64,000 bases of DNA from Candidatus Bathyarchaeota archaeon (GTDB lineage: Archaea; Thermoproteota; Bathyarchaeia; Bathyarchaeales; Bathycorpusculaceae), in NCBI GenBank assembly GCA_963780185.1, contig CAWABA010000006.1, positions 160,001 to 224,000 on the forward strand, read 5' to 3'. The first letter of the stretch is position 1, and each line of letters opens with the position of its first letter. A model generated the notes under the pieces. That model was not told the DNA's origin, did not search any database, and worked only from the letters and a program-made list of their open reading frames with translations. The position numbers and the translations under genes were made by a program. This document shows positions 29,501-41,708 of the stretch, piece by piece.

Positions 29501-31805
29501 ACATACTATTTCCGAGCCATCTACACAGGAGACTCCAACTATCTATCATCCCAAAGCGGAAACACCGCAGAACCATTAGCCGTCCAAGCTGTACCTTCAT
29601 CCACGACAACAATTCTCTCATGCAGCACCATAACTCTCGGCGGCTCGGTCACTGACAAAGCATATGTTTCCAATGGCGCCACAGGTCATAGTCATCTTCC
29701 AGGTTTCAACCAACGCTGTAACCTTCGTTCAGTACGGCGCCACAAAGACCCTCTCCGCCGGCTCAGCAACCTCAGACAGCTACACACCAACCACAACGGG
29801 CACATACTACTTCCGAGCAGTCTACGTCGGCGACAACTCCCATCCGGGGTCGCAAAGCAGCAACACAGCAGAACAGTTGACCGTGAATCCGGCAACTCCA
29901 ACCATCAAAACAACCCTGAGCGCTTGCACTCTTACGCTGGGACAAAGCATTTATGACACCGTATCCGTCACGGGATTATCTGGCTTCAGTTCTCCAACGG
30001 GTTCGGTGACCTTCTGGGTGTCAACCGACACACACAGCTGGAGTCAAGTTGGCGGCTCAGTTGGCTTAGCCAGCGGCTTAGCGGTCTCCTCAAGCTTCAC
30101 TCCGGTTTCAGCGGGCTCATACTACTTCCAAGCCCGATACTCAGGCGACAATAACTACGTGTCAGCAAGCAGCTGCGCCACCAGCGAACCCTTCTGCGTC
30201 AACAAAGGCTCATCTTGCGTTTCAACTTCACTGTCCTCATCCTCTATAACTTTAGGCGCCTCAGTCACCGACTCAGTCACCGTCAAAGGCTTAGGCACAA
30301 ATTTCCCCGCTCCGACGGGCACGGTGCAGTTCCAAGTTTCATCCAACAGCGGTGCAACATGGAGCAATTTTGGTTCAAGCAAAACTCTCTCCGCTGGCTC
30401 TGCGGTTTCTGACAGCTACACGCCTTGCAGCGCAGGAACCTTCTACTTCCGTGCAGTGTACCTGGGTGACTCAAATTACCTTGGATCTCAAAGCGGCAAC
30501 TGCAACGAACCATTGACTGTAATACAGAAGAAGTGTTCCTGCACAACCACTTGCCTGTCCTCTGACAAGATTACCGTCGGGTGCTCTGTCACAGACACCG
30601 CATACGTAACCTGCGGCGCCACGGGCAACGTGGTGTTCCAAGTATCCACAGACGGCGTCAACTTCGTTCAGTACGGTTCAGTCAAAACCCTTTGCGGAGG
30701 CAAAGCTGTCTCCGACAGCTATACGCCGACTTCAGCAGGCACCTATTACTTCCGAGCCGTATACCAGGGCGACAGCAACTACTTGGGTTCACAAAGCGGC
30801 AACTGTAACGAGCAATTAACTGTCCAGAAGAAGTGCTCATGCACCACGACCTGCCTCTCCTCTGACTCAATCACTCTTGGCAACTCAGTAACTGACACGG
30901 CGTACGTTACCTCCGGGGCGACAGGTCAAGTTATGTTTGAAGTTTCCACTGACGGCTGCAGCTTCGTACAGTACGGCTCGCTTAAGACCCTCAGCGGCGG
31001 CACAGTGGTTTCCGACAGTTACACACCCAGCGCGGCAGGCACCTACTATTTCAAAGCTGTTTACCTGGGTGACAACAGTTATCTTGGATCCCAGAGCGGC
31101 AGCTGCAACGAACAACTAACCGTCATACAAAAGAAGTCTTCATGCACAACCACCTGTCTATCCTGCGATTCGATAACTTTAGGATGCTCAGTTACAGACA
31201 CAGCTCACGTTACATGCGGAGCAACGGGTCAGGTAATTTTTGAGGTTTCAACCGACGGCGTCACCTTTGTCCAGTACGGTTCAATAAAGACTCTGAACTG
31301 CAGCTCAGCCACCTCCGACCCCTACACCCCAGCCTCCACAGGCACCTACTATTTCCGCGCAGTGTATCTTGGCGACTGCAACTACCTTGGATCCCAAAGC
31401 GGGAACTGCAATGAACAACTGACCGTGCAAAACAACTATTCAGGATTAACACCTGGATTCTGGAAGAATCACACCTGCCTCTGGCAAGGCAATAAACCGA
31501 CGGATTCCTTCAACGCTGTCTTCGGCGTCTGTATAAAGATAGGTTGCGATAGCAATCCAACATTGTTGACTGCGCTTCAGTCAGGAGGAGGCGGAGTAAC
31601 TGCCTTAGCTCGGCAAGCTGTTGCAGCGCTTCTGAACTCGGAACACCAATACATCAACTACCCCCTGACTAAAACCCAAATCATAAACCTCGTGCAAAAC
31701 GCCATAAAAGGCGGCAACTGCGCAACCATATCAGCACTGGCAAACCAACTTGAAGCCTACAACAGCCTGGAAGGCGGTATTGACGCCCACGGGAACCCCA
31801 TTTAA
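26528..31805 (+). CDS. Giant secreted adhesin: thioester-like N-domain, many Ig-like repeats, Cys-rich distal repeats, TPGFWKNH C-domain (frameshifted)
   Basis: Signal peptide; YGWCGD / DVQYALW / SQPLL; repeats with GTYYFRAVYLGDSNYLGSQS; no C-terminal TM. Confidence 0.8.
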
Positions 31806-31972
31806 TCATCACTGAAAAACGACCTCTGACAAAGCTTCTTCCCAAGGCAAATGACACCTAAAAAAAAGCAACACGACAACTCTAGAAACACAGTAAAAGC
31901 AGGCACTTGAGTGTCGCCGCCGATATTCTGAGGTTTGCTCGGATGTTCCCGCCTATGCGTGGGGTTCTGCGT

Positions 31973-32554
31973 CTAGGCGGCAGCTGGGTACTTTATTTCG
32001 CCGATTTTGAACCCCCTCTTCTTCGCCCTAACCAGGAGCTCGCCGCCGAAGGTTTCGCCGCCCTGCAAGGTTAGACCTTCGAGGGTTTCTTTTTTGTAGG
32101 CTCTAAAGTTTGAGTAAAAATCTGAAACCCCCAATTTTTTACCCAGCGTCTTTGAAGCAAACCTCTCAGAAAATCTCGGAACAATTGTTCTTGAAGCCAC
32201 AGCCAAGTCAACTTGGTCAAGTTTCTGTAATAATGCCGGGATAAATTCCGGATCATTTTCTAAATCCGCGTCGATCGTCACGATTATTGGGAACTTTGCT
32301 AGCTTCATCCCGTATAGCAAACCTTTGGTTTGTCCTTCACGAACCTTAGAAACCGCCCTATCCGCGACGCGCCTCGCAACCTCTAAAGTCCCATCGGAAG
32401 AGCTGTCATCGACAACTATCATTTCGTGGGGAACGCCCTTCAGCGCGGACCTGACTCTGAGGATTAGCTCCTCAATGTTTTCTCTCTCATTCCAAGTGGT
32501 AGTAACCACGGATACACCCCGAACCATTTCGCCACCTGTGCCCATAAAAGCCAA
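31973..32554 (-). CDS. Glycosyltransferase family 2 (Dpm1-like)
   Basis: TWNERENI, VVDDSSSDGT, IDADL. Confidence 0.88.
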   Translation of the reverse strand: MAFMGTGGEMVRGVSVVTTTWNERENIEELILRVRSALKGVPHEMIVVDDSSSDGTLEVARRVADRAVSKVREGQTKGLLYGMKLAKFPIIVTIDADLENDPEFIPALLQKLDQVDLAVASRTIVPRFSERFASKTLGKKLGVSDFYSNFRAYKKETLEGLTLQGGETFGGELLVRAKKRGFKIGEIKYPAAA

Positions 32555-32830
32555 TAGCTAACCAGCCGCTATTAAGCTAATTGACCAACAACACGATAAA
32601 AAAAAGATCCTGCTTGGGACATCAACCGCAAGAAACCTAAAACGCTAAGCCAAATGATCATCCCAAAAAAGCCGCCGTCCGAAACCGCCCATAACCGACA
32701 ATATTCGACAATGCCTTCAACATGGGGTCAACATGGAAAGTCGCAATCCGCCCATCCCAAAGTCGCAACGAAAAAGCAGAAACCAAGCCTAAACCAAAAA
32801 AGCAACCCAAAACACAAAAAGCCAACGCGG

Positions 32831-32868
32831 AAAGTCTCAACTTTCACCAAACCAAAAGTCTCAACTTT
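32831..32868. promoter_or_regulatory. Two copies of the quasi-palindrome AAAGTCTCAACTTT upstream of EF-1alpha
   Basis: Identical 14-mers at 32831-32844 and 32855-32868. Confidence 0.55.
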
Positions 32869-32970
32869 AATTTTTTTAGGCAAATCAGACGCACAAACTT
32901 AAAATAATTGGGTGAACTGATGTGTTAACGAATTCCAAAATTAGGGTAAGATTAATAGAGGAAAGAAAAA

Positions 32971-34275
32971 ATGAGCAAATCAGATAAACCCCACTTAAAC
33001 CTCATCATCATGGGGCACGTTGACCACGGAAAATCAACAACTACAGGTCACCTTCTTTACTTAGCAGGCGCAATCGACGAGCGGACAATCAAAGCCTTTG
33101 AAGAAGAAGCCGAAAAAATGGGCAAAGGCACATTCAAGTACGCTTGGGTACTCGACAACCTCAAAGAAGAACGAGAAAGAGGAGTCACAATTGACCTCCG
33201 ATTCTTGAAATTCGACACCAAGAAATTCAACTACACAGTCATCGACGCACCAGGCCACCGCGACTTCGTCAAAAACATGATTACAGGCGCAAGCCAAGCA
33301 GACGCAGCAGTTCTTTTCTGCTCAGCCAAAAAAGGCGAGTTCGAAGCAGGCATCGGACCAGGCGGACAAACAAGGGAACACGCATTTCTAGCATTCACTT
33401 TAGGCATACGTCAACTAATCGTCGCAGTAAACAAAATGGACGACATCTCCGTCAACTACAGCAAAGAACGTTACGAAGAAATAAAGAACGAAGTTTCAAG
33501 AATGCTCCGCATGGTAGGCTTCAAAATCGAAAAAATCAACTTCATACCCGTCTCAGGCTGGACCGGCGAAAACCTCATCAAGAAAACCGAAAAACTTCCA
33601 TGGTACACAGGTCCAACTTTGATCGAGGCATTAGACCTTCTCGAAGTCCCAGCTAAACCAACTAACAAACCCCTACGCGTTCCAATTCAAGACATCTACA
33701 GCATCACAGGCATCGGCACAGTTCCAGTAGGCAGAGTCGAAACAGGCACCCTCAAACCAGGACAAAACATCATCTTCATGCCAAGCAACAAGACAGGCGA
33801 AGTAAAATCAATCGAAATGCACCACACAATGATTCCAATCGCTGAACCAGGCGACAACATCGGCATGAACGTTCGAGGCATCGCAAAAGCAGACATTCAC
33901 CGAGGAGACGTAGCAGGACCAGTCGACAACCCGCCAACAGTGGCTAAAGAATTCATCGGCCAAATCATCGTCATCTACCACCCAACAGCCATCGCAGCAG
34001 GATACACACCAGTACTCCACTACCACACAGGGCAAATCGCAGTCCGATTCACCGAACTCGTCAAGAAAATCGACCCACGCACAGGCCAAGTAACAGAAGA
34101 GAAGCCAGCGTTCCTCAAAACAGGAGACGCAGCATGGGTAAGAATGGAACCGCTACACCCGATCGCAGTCGAACAATACACTGACTTTCCAGAGCTAGGA
34201 CGCTTCGCAATCAGAGACATGGGCACAACCGTAGCTGCGGGTGTCATCAAAGAAGTAACCAAAAAGGGACCATAA
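32971..34275 (+). CDS. tuf: Translation elongation factor EF-1alpha
   Basis: [42 protein letters not shown]. Confidence 0.98.
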   Translation: MSKSDKPHLNLIIMGHVDHGKSTTTGHLLYLAGAIDERTIKAFEEEAEKMGKGTFKYAWVLDNLKEERERGVTIDLRFLKFDTKKFNYTVIDAPGHRDFVKNMITGASQADAAVLFCSAKKGEFEAGIGPGGQTREHAFLAFTLGIRQLIVAVNKMDDISVNYSKERYEEIKNEVSRMLRMVGFKIEKINFIPVSGWTGENLIKKTEKLPWYTGPTLIEALDLLEVPAKPTNKPLRVPIQDIYSITGIGTVPVGRVETGTLKPGQNIIFMPSNKTGEVKSIEMHHTMIPIAEPGDNIGMNVRGIAKADIHRGDVAGPVDNPPTVAKEFIGQIIVIYHPTAIAAGYTPVLHYHTGQIAVRFTELVKKIDPRTGQVTEEKPAFLKTGDAAWVRMEPLHPIAVEQYTDFPELGRFAIRDMGTTVAAGVIKEVTKKGP

Positions 34276-34480
34276 ACCCCTTCCACTTTATTTTTTGTTT
34301 TCAAACCTACATATTTAGATTTTTTAGTTTTAGTCAGGACGTTATTTGTTTAGGTAAACGTTATGTTTGCTCAATTTTAGGCTGTTTTAACTGTGCTTGA
34401 TTCTTAGTTGTTGTAGTCTCAATACAGTCACAAGTGCGTATATGCTTTGTTGATGAATGCCTCTACTAAGGTGAGAGTTA

Positions 34481-34648
34481 ATGGAATACCATACAGAAAA
34501 CTCTATCCTAATGCAGAAAAACTTTCAAGAGAGGTCAAAAAGAGAGCGACTTAGGGGAAGGCTCGCAATTGTTTCGCTCAAAGATGTACCACTTGACGTA
34601 AGGCGTAGAGAAGCAAAACAGCCTCTATTCCTGATTAGATACGAATAA
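34481..34648 (+). CDS. Small basic hypothetical protein, 55 aa (not in ORF track)
   Basis: MEYHTENSILMQKNFQERSKRERLRGRLAIVSLKDVPLDVRRREAKQPLFLIRYE*; GGTGAG RBS-like sequence upstream. Confidence 0.45.
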   Translation: MEYHTENSILMQKNFQERSKRERLRGRLAIVSLKDVPLDVRRREAKQPLFLIRYE

Positions 34649-34759
34649 AATCACTATTTGTCACTCCGAATGGCTTTCTATTTTTTATTGCTTTATCGGA
34701 GATTTCTTTCCAGTTGCGCCAACGTAGATTCATTGCGCCTGGTTGGCGGCTTATCAGGC

Positions 34760-35527
34760 ATGCGGTTGATTTTTATACTTGATTCTTTCAAAGAAAAGCA
34801 GGTGTTTGAGTTGTTCAGAAAAAGCAAAGCTGACGGAATCCGTGCGTTCTTTTCCGCTCCTTTGCAGAAGAATCAAATCGCCCTGTACTATTTTGGCGTA
34901 TCAGGGTTCATCATAAGAAGCATAAATCACTCAGTCCTAATTGACCCCGCAGGCATGCTCAAAGGCGACGAGATTGACGCCCTAAAAGGTGTTAATCTGG
35001 TTCTTTTTACCCATGACCATTTAGATCATTTTTCATCTGGAAAAACACAGGGCATCTTCAAAACCGCCGTCGCCCCGATTCTTGCTGAAGCTAAAGTAGC
35101 TGGGAAACTTGAGGGAAAAATACCTGCTGACAAACTTGTAAGCGCCGAAAACGGCAAAAACTACAGTTTAGGCGACGTCAACGTCACGGCGATTCAGGGA
35201 ATCCACCGTGGACCAATAATGCTTTACCAGATAGAAATGGACGGCGTAACGGTTTTCCACGGGGGCGACTCAGGGTATGTCAGCCTCAAAGACTTTGCCT
35301 CTCAGGTGGCGATTGTTCCTGTTGGCCGTATGTCTCCGACGGCTTCGCCTGAAAACGCCTACAAAATGGTGGCTGACGTTAAACCCGACGTTGCAGTAAC
35401 CATGCATGGGTCCGACAAACAGAAACAGCAGTTCGAAGCAAAAGTCAAAGAAACAATGCCGCAAACGGCAGTTTACATTATGGCGTCGTTCACGGCGAAA
35501 ACTGTGTCGCTTCCGATAAAGCCTTAG
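34760..35527 (+). CDS. MBL-fold metallo-hydrolase (UlaG-like)
   Basis: VLIDP, THDHLDH, FHGGDS, MHG; start position uncertain. Confidence 0.85.
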   Translation: MRLIFILDSFKEKQVFELFRKSKADGIRAFFSAPLQKNQIALYYFGVSGFIIRSINHSVLIDPAGMLKGDEIDALKGVNLVLFTHDHLDHFSSGKTQGIFKTAVAPILAEAKVAGKLEGKIPADKLVSAENGKNYSLGDVNVTAIQGIHRGPIMLYQIEMDGVTVFHGGDSGYVSLKDFASQVAIVPVGRMSPTASPENAYKMVADVKPDVAVTMHGSDKQKQQFEAKVKETMPQTAVYIMASFTAKTVSLPIKP

Positions 35528-35628
35528 CTTGCAAAATAGGCGAGTGGCTGTTTCCTTCAGGTTTGCGGCTGCCTGAGCGCAAGTGAAATAAGCTTGCGTT
35601 TGCGGTATCGTATTTTAAGGTTGAAGTT

Positions 35629-36352
35629 ATGTCTGGAGCAGAAACGTTGCTTCCCTACGTGAACGAAAAGAAGAAGCCTGGCGAAGAACCCACCATCATC
35701 ATTGACAGCCGCGAAGCCAGCAGCGCATGCAAAGATTGCGAACGGCTTAGTTGAGCGCGGCGCAAACGTTCAGAAGCAGATGCTGGAGAAAGGCGACTAC
35801 GTGCTTTCTGATCAATGCGCGGTTGAACGCAAAACCGTCAACGACTTCGTCTACACCCTGACCAGACGCTACCTTTTCGAGCAAATCTTCACCCTAAAAG
35901 ACGCCTACCCGAAGGCCCTCATCGTCTTGGAGGGCTATTTGCCGATAATCTACAAGTACAGCAACATCCAGCCTAACGCGGTTTGGGGCGCAATGTTTAA
36001 TCTTGCAAAGAACGGCATAGCGATAGTTAACACGTCGAACCAGAAGGAAACAGTTGATTTCCTCTACACCGCAGCTAAACAGGAGCAGGTTGTGGACAAG
36101 AGAAGCCCAGTGGTTCATGCGTTCAAGAAATGCGACACGATTTCTGACGCCCAAGTCTACCTAATAGCCAGCTTACCAAGCATCGGCAGAGAAAAAGCAG
36201 AAGCCATCCTTGAATCCTACCAGACCCCGCTGAACGCGCTGATCAACGCAGATGACTGGACAAAATCCGTAGATGGGTTGGGACCCGTCATAACCAACAA
36301 AGTCAAAGAAGTCCTAAGCACACCCTACAACAAAAACTGCACCGATACCTAA
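35629..36352 (+). CDS. xpf: XPF/ERCC4 structure-specific nuclease, short form (frameshift ~35725)
   Basis: IIIDSRE in the upstream frame; GDYVLS, VERKTVNDF, HhH LPSIGREKA. Confidence 0.85.
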
Positions 36353-36396
36353 AAAGAAAGCCAATTTTCAAACATACGCCATCTCTACATTGGTTT

Positions 36397-36470
36397 TTTG
36401 ATGTAAAAATGTGGTACCCCTGTCGTGTAGGCGGCTAGTTGTCTAAGATTGTTTTGGGTTGATTTTTGGG
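36397..36470 (+). repeat. Dispersed element with TTTGATGTAAAAATG..GGTACCCC core, copy 1
   Basis: Matches the reverse complement of ~62310-62386. Confidence 0.55.
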
Positions 36471-36766
36471 TTTGGAGCGTGAAATTAAGCCATTTGGGAG
36501 CCAATAATTGGTGGAATCGAGTTGAATGTCTTTTTTCTCAGAAATTCATGCGGCGGCTGATTTTGCATCTGTGGCGGCACGGCAAAAGAAAAAATCTGGT
36601 TGACGCATGGATTTTTGAGCCGAGAAAAATAGCTGCCGCTTACCTTTTTTCTGCATGTTAGTGCTTATATGCTTTTGTTGTTGCCAACTGACTGTAACAC
36701 AATTTTAATAGAGACAAGTTAGCACTACATATTCAAGCTGAAAAGCAAATCTTAGAGGCTTCTTTT

Positions 36767-36964
36767 ATGGAAACAATCTTGGATAAAATCAACAAAAGAC
36801 AAAAACCCACAGAAAATTTTAGTACCAGCGGATACCTGCCAAGAGTGTACGATGTAAGGTCCCCCTGCCAGTGGCTAGACCATTGCAACGGCGGCAAGTG
36901 CCCAGCATTCACGAAGATCAACGGAAACTTTTACTGCGCACAAGCAAAACAAAACCACAGCTAG
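36767..36964 (+). CDS. Small Cys-rich hypothetical protein
   Basis: PCQWLDHCNGGKCPAF...FYC. Confidence 0.5.
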   Translation: METILDKINKRQKPTENFSTSGYLPRVYDVRSPCQWLDHCNGGKCPAFTKINGNFYCAQAKQNHS

Positions 36965-37029
36965 CAACCCTAAATTTTCTGCACCGACAGGTTTTTTGCA
37001 CAAATCCAAAATTCAAAGGTTAATCAGCG

Positions 37030-37947
37030 TTAGCTCTTCAGCATGGCCAAGGCTTCTTTGACCACGGCAACGGACTTTGCGAAACGCTCCTGTGACTGGC
37101 TGCCCAGTTCAAGCTCGATTATTTTTTCGATGCCTTCTCTGCCCAAAACGACTGGCACGCCGATTGAAACATCTGAGGCTCCGTATTCCCCGTCAAGGCA
37201 AGTTGACACACTCATAACCCTGTTTCTGCCCGTTAAAATCGCGTCAGCCGTGGTGGCGATGACGGCGCCTGGAGCGTAAATTGTTGAGCCCTTAAGCTTG
37301 ATTACATCTGCGCCCGACGTTACGGTTAGATGGACGATTTTTTCAATCTGCGCCTCGGTCAGAAAATTCGTTATGGGAACTCCTGAAACTGAGGCGTACT
37401 CGACAAGCGGAACCATCGAATCGCCATGTTCTCCTATCACCAATGCGCTGGTGTCTTCTCGGGAGACATGTAGTTCATCAGCGATGTAGGTTCGAAAGCG
37501 CATGGTGTCAAGGATGTTGCCCATGCCGAAAAGGCGGCTCCGCGGGAAACCTGACTCTTGGAAAGCCACATAAGTCATTATGTCCACGGGGTTAGTAACA
37601 ATCATAAGCTTGCATTCTGGCGCGTACTTGACAACTTCCTTGACGATAGACCGCATTATCCCCGCGTTGGTATTCATCAAGTCAATGCGCGTCATGTCGG
37701 GTCTTCTGCCGAGCCCAGCAGTCACAATCACAAGGTCCGACCCCCGCATCGCAGAGTAATCGCCGGTTCCAGTGATTTTGCCGTCGAACTCAATGGCGGG
37801 CGCAGCCATCATCATATCCAAAGCTTCCCCCTTCGCCTGATTCTCGTTAGAGTCGATTAGGACTACGTCGCTTATTTTGTAACGTAAAATTTCAAACGCA
37901 GCTGTGCTTCCCACTTTACCCGCACCAATAACAGTAATCATTGTCAA
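37030..37947 (-). CDS. mdh: NAD-dependent malate dehydrogenase (LDH-like)
   Basis: VIGAGKVG, TAGLGRRPDMTRIDL, VTNPVD, GEHGDSMVP. Confidence 0.92.
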   Translation of the reverse strand: MTMITVIGAGKVGSTAAFEILRYKISDVVLIDSNENQAKGEALDMMMAAPAIEFDGKITGTGDYSAMRGSDLVIVTAGLGRRPDMTRIDLMNTNAGIMRSIVKEVVKYAPECKLMIVTNPVDIMTYVAFQESGFPRSRLFGMGNILDTMRFRTYIADELHVSREDTSALVIGEHGDSMVPLVEYASVSGVPITNFLTEAQIEKIVHLTVTSGADVIKLKGSTIYAPGAVIATTADAILTGRNRVMSVSTCLDGEYGASDVSIGVPVVLGREGIEKIIELELGSQSQERFAKSVAVVKEALAMLKS

Positions 37948-38138
37948 ACACCTAATTTTTGATACATAATTTGCGTCTTTTCAATTGCAAAAAGACCTAT
38001 CATAGTCCAAAGCCGCTTAGAATAAATCTCTTACTCAATATGCTTCTCAACCCTTTAGGAAATTCATAAAAGACTTGCAAAACTGAAAACTTACAAAGCA
38101 AAAATTTGCCATCCTGTCTAATTTGGTGAATAGATGGT

Positions 38139-38720
38139 TTATTTTACTATTATGACTGTGCAGGGTGCTGAATGCGCTACTTTTTCGCTTATGCTGCCGA
38201 GGAAACGTTCCTTTGTCTTGCCTAACCCACGGTGCCCCACCACTGTAACGTCAAAGCGTCCTTCCTTGGCGGTGTTCACGATTGCGAAAGCAGCGTCTCC
38301 CGCCTTCGCCAAGGACGAAACCGCCAGGTTGGGCTTAATTGCCTTGGCATGGTCCGTGTATTTGCGTAAAACCTCGGTTTGAATCGCCCTCAAATCCTTT
38401 GTGACGATAGCCGCGTTGCCGCTTGGGTAAGACCCTGTCTCTTGAGGCGCCGCCGCCATCACAACCGACTCAGAAACATTCAAGACCGTGAGGGACGCGC
38501 CGAATTTCTCAGCAAAATCCAAAGCCAAATCAAACGCCCTGTCAGAGTTCTCAGACCCATCAACAGCCACCAAAACACTCTTAATCAACAAAGACGCCTC
38601 ACCCTTAATTTCTTCGAAAGAGCCATTAAACTTTTCCCCAAGCCGCAAACTTGCTGAGCCTCGAATTTGGCTTTGCTTGACTGGGGATGTTGGTTTGTCG
38701 TCACCGATTTCTTTAAACAT
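38139..38720 (-). CDS. Universal stress protein
   Basis: VLVAVDGSENS, VVGHRG, LGSISEKVAHSAPCTV. Confidence 0.9.
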   Translation of the reverse strand: MFKEIGDDKPTSPVKQSQIRGSASLRLGEKFNGSFEEIKGEASLLIKSVLVAVDGSENSDRAFDLALDFAEKFGASLTVLNVSESVVMAAAPQETGSYPSGNAAIVTKDLRAIQTEVLRKYTDHAKAIKPNLAVSSLAKAGDAAFAIVNTAKEGRFDVTVVGHRGLGKTKERFLGSISEKVAHSAPCTVIIVK

Positions 38721-38797
38721 TATAAGTGTAAAGTGCTAATATACGTAAATCATGCGGTGGGGTACCAATAAATAAGCATATCCAAATTCCAGTATCC

Positions 38798-40411
38798 ATG
38801 CTTATTATTGCACTAATAGTTCTGCCAGCCTTCAACTTACCCCATGCAAACGCTCAAGCAAGCCAAAACCAAGATTCATGGGCTTCCCTCGCATCAATGC
38901 CCACAGCCCGAGGAGGATTAGGCGTCGCGGTTGTTAACGGAAAAATCTTTGCAATCGGAGGCTTTGACGGCAATTCACCCCTCAGCGTCAACGAGGAGTA
39001 CACACCTGGTACAGACATGTGGACTACTAAGTCGTCGATGCCGACGGCTAGAAGCGGCTTCGCAATCGCCGTCTACAACGACAAGATTTATTGTATAGGC
39101 GGAATCGTCGGGACAATAGGCGGCACCAACCAGTACGTTGGAAACAACGAAGTTTACGATCCCTCGACAGATACTTGGCAAACAGAAGCTTCTATGCCTA
39201 CTCCCCGAGCTGACTTAAGTGCAAACGTGGTGAACGGCAAAATCTACCTTATAGGCGGAATGGAATATTCAGGCAAAAGCCCATTTTACGTTGAAGCAAA
39301 CATCAACGAGGTCTATGACCCAACCAGCCAACACTTGGACCACTGCAGCCGTCCATGCCGGAGGCTGTTTACGGCTACGCTTCAGGAGTAATCAACGGCA
39401 AAATACACGTTATCGGCGGCTCCAAAAGCCCGGGAACCGAAGGAACCGGCAACTTTGTCAATTCCAACCAAGCGTATGACCCCCAAAGCAACAGTTGGGG
39501 CTTAAGCGCAAACTTGCCTTCTGACGCAACCTTCGCCTCAGCCGCAGTAACAGTTGGTTTTATGGCGCCTTCTCTGCTGTACTCCATAGGCGGATTCAAC
39601 GAAAACTCCTTCAGCAGCACCGTGCAAGTTTACAATGCAGTCAACAACTCATGGGTCAACGGCGCCTCGATGCCGATTGCTCGGGCATACCTGGGCGTTG
39701 TCGCCGTAAACGACGTCCTGTACGCTGTCGGCGGATTCGACGGAACAAACTGGCTTAACACGGTTGAAAAATACACGCCGATGGGCTACGGAACAGCTCC
39801 ACCGACAATTCAAATAAACTCACCCGGCAACGAAACCTACTCCAAGGTAATCCTAAGCTACACAGTTAACAGGGACGCTTCCTGGGTCGGTTACAGCGTT
39901 GATGACACGGCGAACGTAACCGTCAAAGGCGAAATTGTAACTCTCCAACCTTACTCAAGGAGAACATAGCATAGTCCTCTACGCAAACGACAGCGCAGGC
40001 AACATGGGCAGCTCAAACAAAGTTTTCTTCTCAGTCGATTCTCTTCCCCCAGAAATCAACATGATAATGCCGCTTAACCAGTCCTACGGGTCCACTGACT
40101 TGCAGTTAACCTTCATCTTGAACCAGAACGCCACCTTCATGGCTTACAGCCTAGATGGGCAAGCGAACAAGACAATAGTTGGAAACGTAACCATAGCCGC
40201 CCTATCTAACGGTTCACACCACGTAACAGTCTATGTCGTGGGCGCGTATGGGCTTTCGAACTCAAAAACAGTTTACTTCAACATCGCGCCCTTCCCAACC
40301 CTAACCATCGTGGGGATTTCAGCTTCAATAATAATCGTGGTGGCGTCAGCATACCTGCTTTTGCCGAAAAAGAAAACAGTCAGCACCCCCAAACGAAAAC
40401 TACCCGTCTAA
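38798..40411 (+). CDS. Kelch-repeat surface protein with Ig domains and C-terminal TM (two frameshifts)
   Basis: SMPTARGGLGVAVVNGKIFAIGG repeats over ORFs 38798, 39355 and 40004. Confidence 0.82.
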
Positions 40412-40489
40412 ACGGCGCCATTTCGCTGGGTCAAGACAATCCGAAAATTGATTACCTGCGGCGGAAATTAGAGCCAACAAATGCCACGC

Positions 40490-41604
40490 TTAGCTTGACT
40501 GGTTGTTTGTGGCGAGCGACTCTACCCATTTACGTTTTTCCCACAAAGCGCAGCCCTGAATTTCTTTGAGTTCCGCATGGTTTTCCCGAATTGTCTTAAG
40601 CATCTTGGACTGCAAAGCTTCCCGAAGCGGGATGTTTTTGAGGTTTGTGTCTGAGTAGGCGATGAATGGGCAAGGCTCCACGTTTCCTTCTGCGCTTATA
40701 TGAACGAATCCGCGTCCAGCTGAAAGGCATCCGCCGATTTCATCCTCATCCCACGGCAACGCGATGAAGAGAGCTGGGTATTTTTTGCGGAACCCGTTCC
40801 TTATAGGGATGACTCTGGCTTTTTGCTCCTCGGTGAGAACCCAATCTTCAGTTCCAGCCGTCACAGGAGTGTATTCGACAAGCATGAAGAATTTGCATCC
40901 TGCTTCGACAAGTTGCCCGATGAAGCCTTCGTCTGTCACCTCGTCGAAGTTGGTTCTTGTCATGGTTAAGGTTGCTCCCCAGAACAGGTCCGTCTTCTTC
41001 AGCTTAGCCATTGACTTAAGCAGTTGACTGTAGACTCCGCTGCCGCGTCTCCCATCCGTATCAACTTGGTACCCTTCGAAGCTGAGGAGGGGAACGATGT
41101 TTTTGTTTTTTGCCATCTGCCCCAGCACCGGGTCGTTAGCAGGAGCCCGTTTGTGAACATCAGAAACATTATTTCAGGCGTCTTCTTGGAGATGTCCAAG
41201 ATGTTGGGGCGCATGAGGGGTTCTCCGCCTGCAAGAACAATGAAAGAAATCCCGAGCTCTTTGGCCTCATCCACTAAACGCGCAATCCGTTCATCGCTCA
41301 TCTCAGCATCCGTCGTCGCCCGCAACGCGTGATGATAGCAGCCTTCGCAATGCAGGTTGCATTTGCTGGTTACGCTTATGACCAAGATGGGCGGCACATG
41401 GAGTCCTTCCAACTCCAGCTTCTGCCTCACTTTGGCTGCCTTGTTTTGCCACCGAAGCGTCCGCAGAAAGAAAACTGACTGCGTCGGGCTGGTGAGGGCG
41501 ATCCGCAAGGCATCCTTGTAAAAGACCCTTAAGGCTTGGTTGACGATTTTGTTAACGTTAAAGTTGAGGTTGTCTTCAGCCTGCTCAGTTTCACTCATGG
41601 TCAT
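40490..41604 (-). CDS. Radical SAM/SPASM domain protein (frameshifted)
   Basis: CNLHCEGCY, GGEPL; CLSAGRGFVHISAEGNVEPCPF. Confidence 0.88.
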
Positions 41605-41708
41605 CGAAGCCTAAGCTGGGCGGTGCAGCTATTATATCTATGTGTTAGAGGAGGCTCACCTAAGTGTTAGAGTCAGTTTAGGATGCAATTTCATGCAGAT
41701 ACCGCGGT

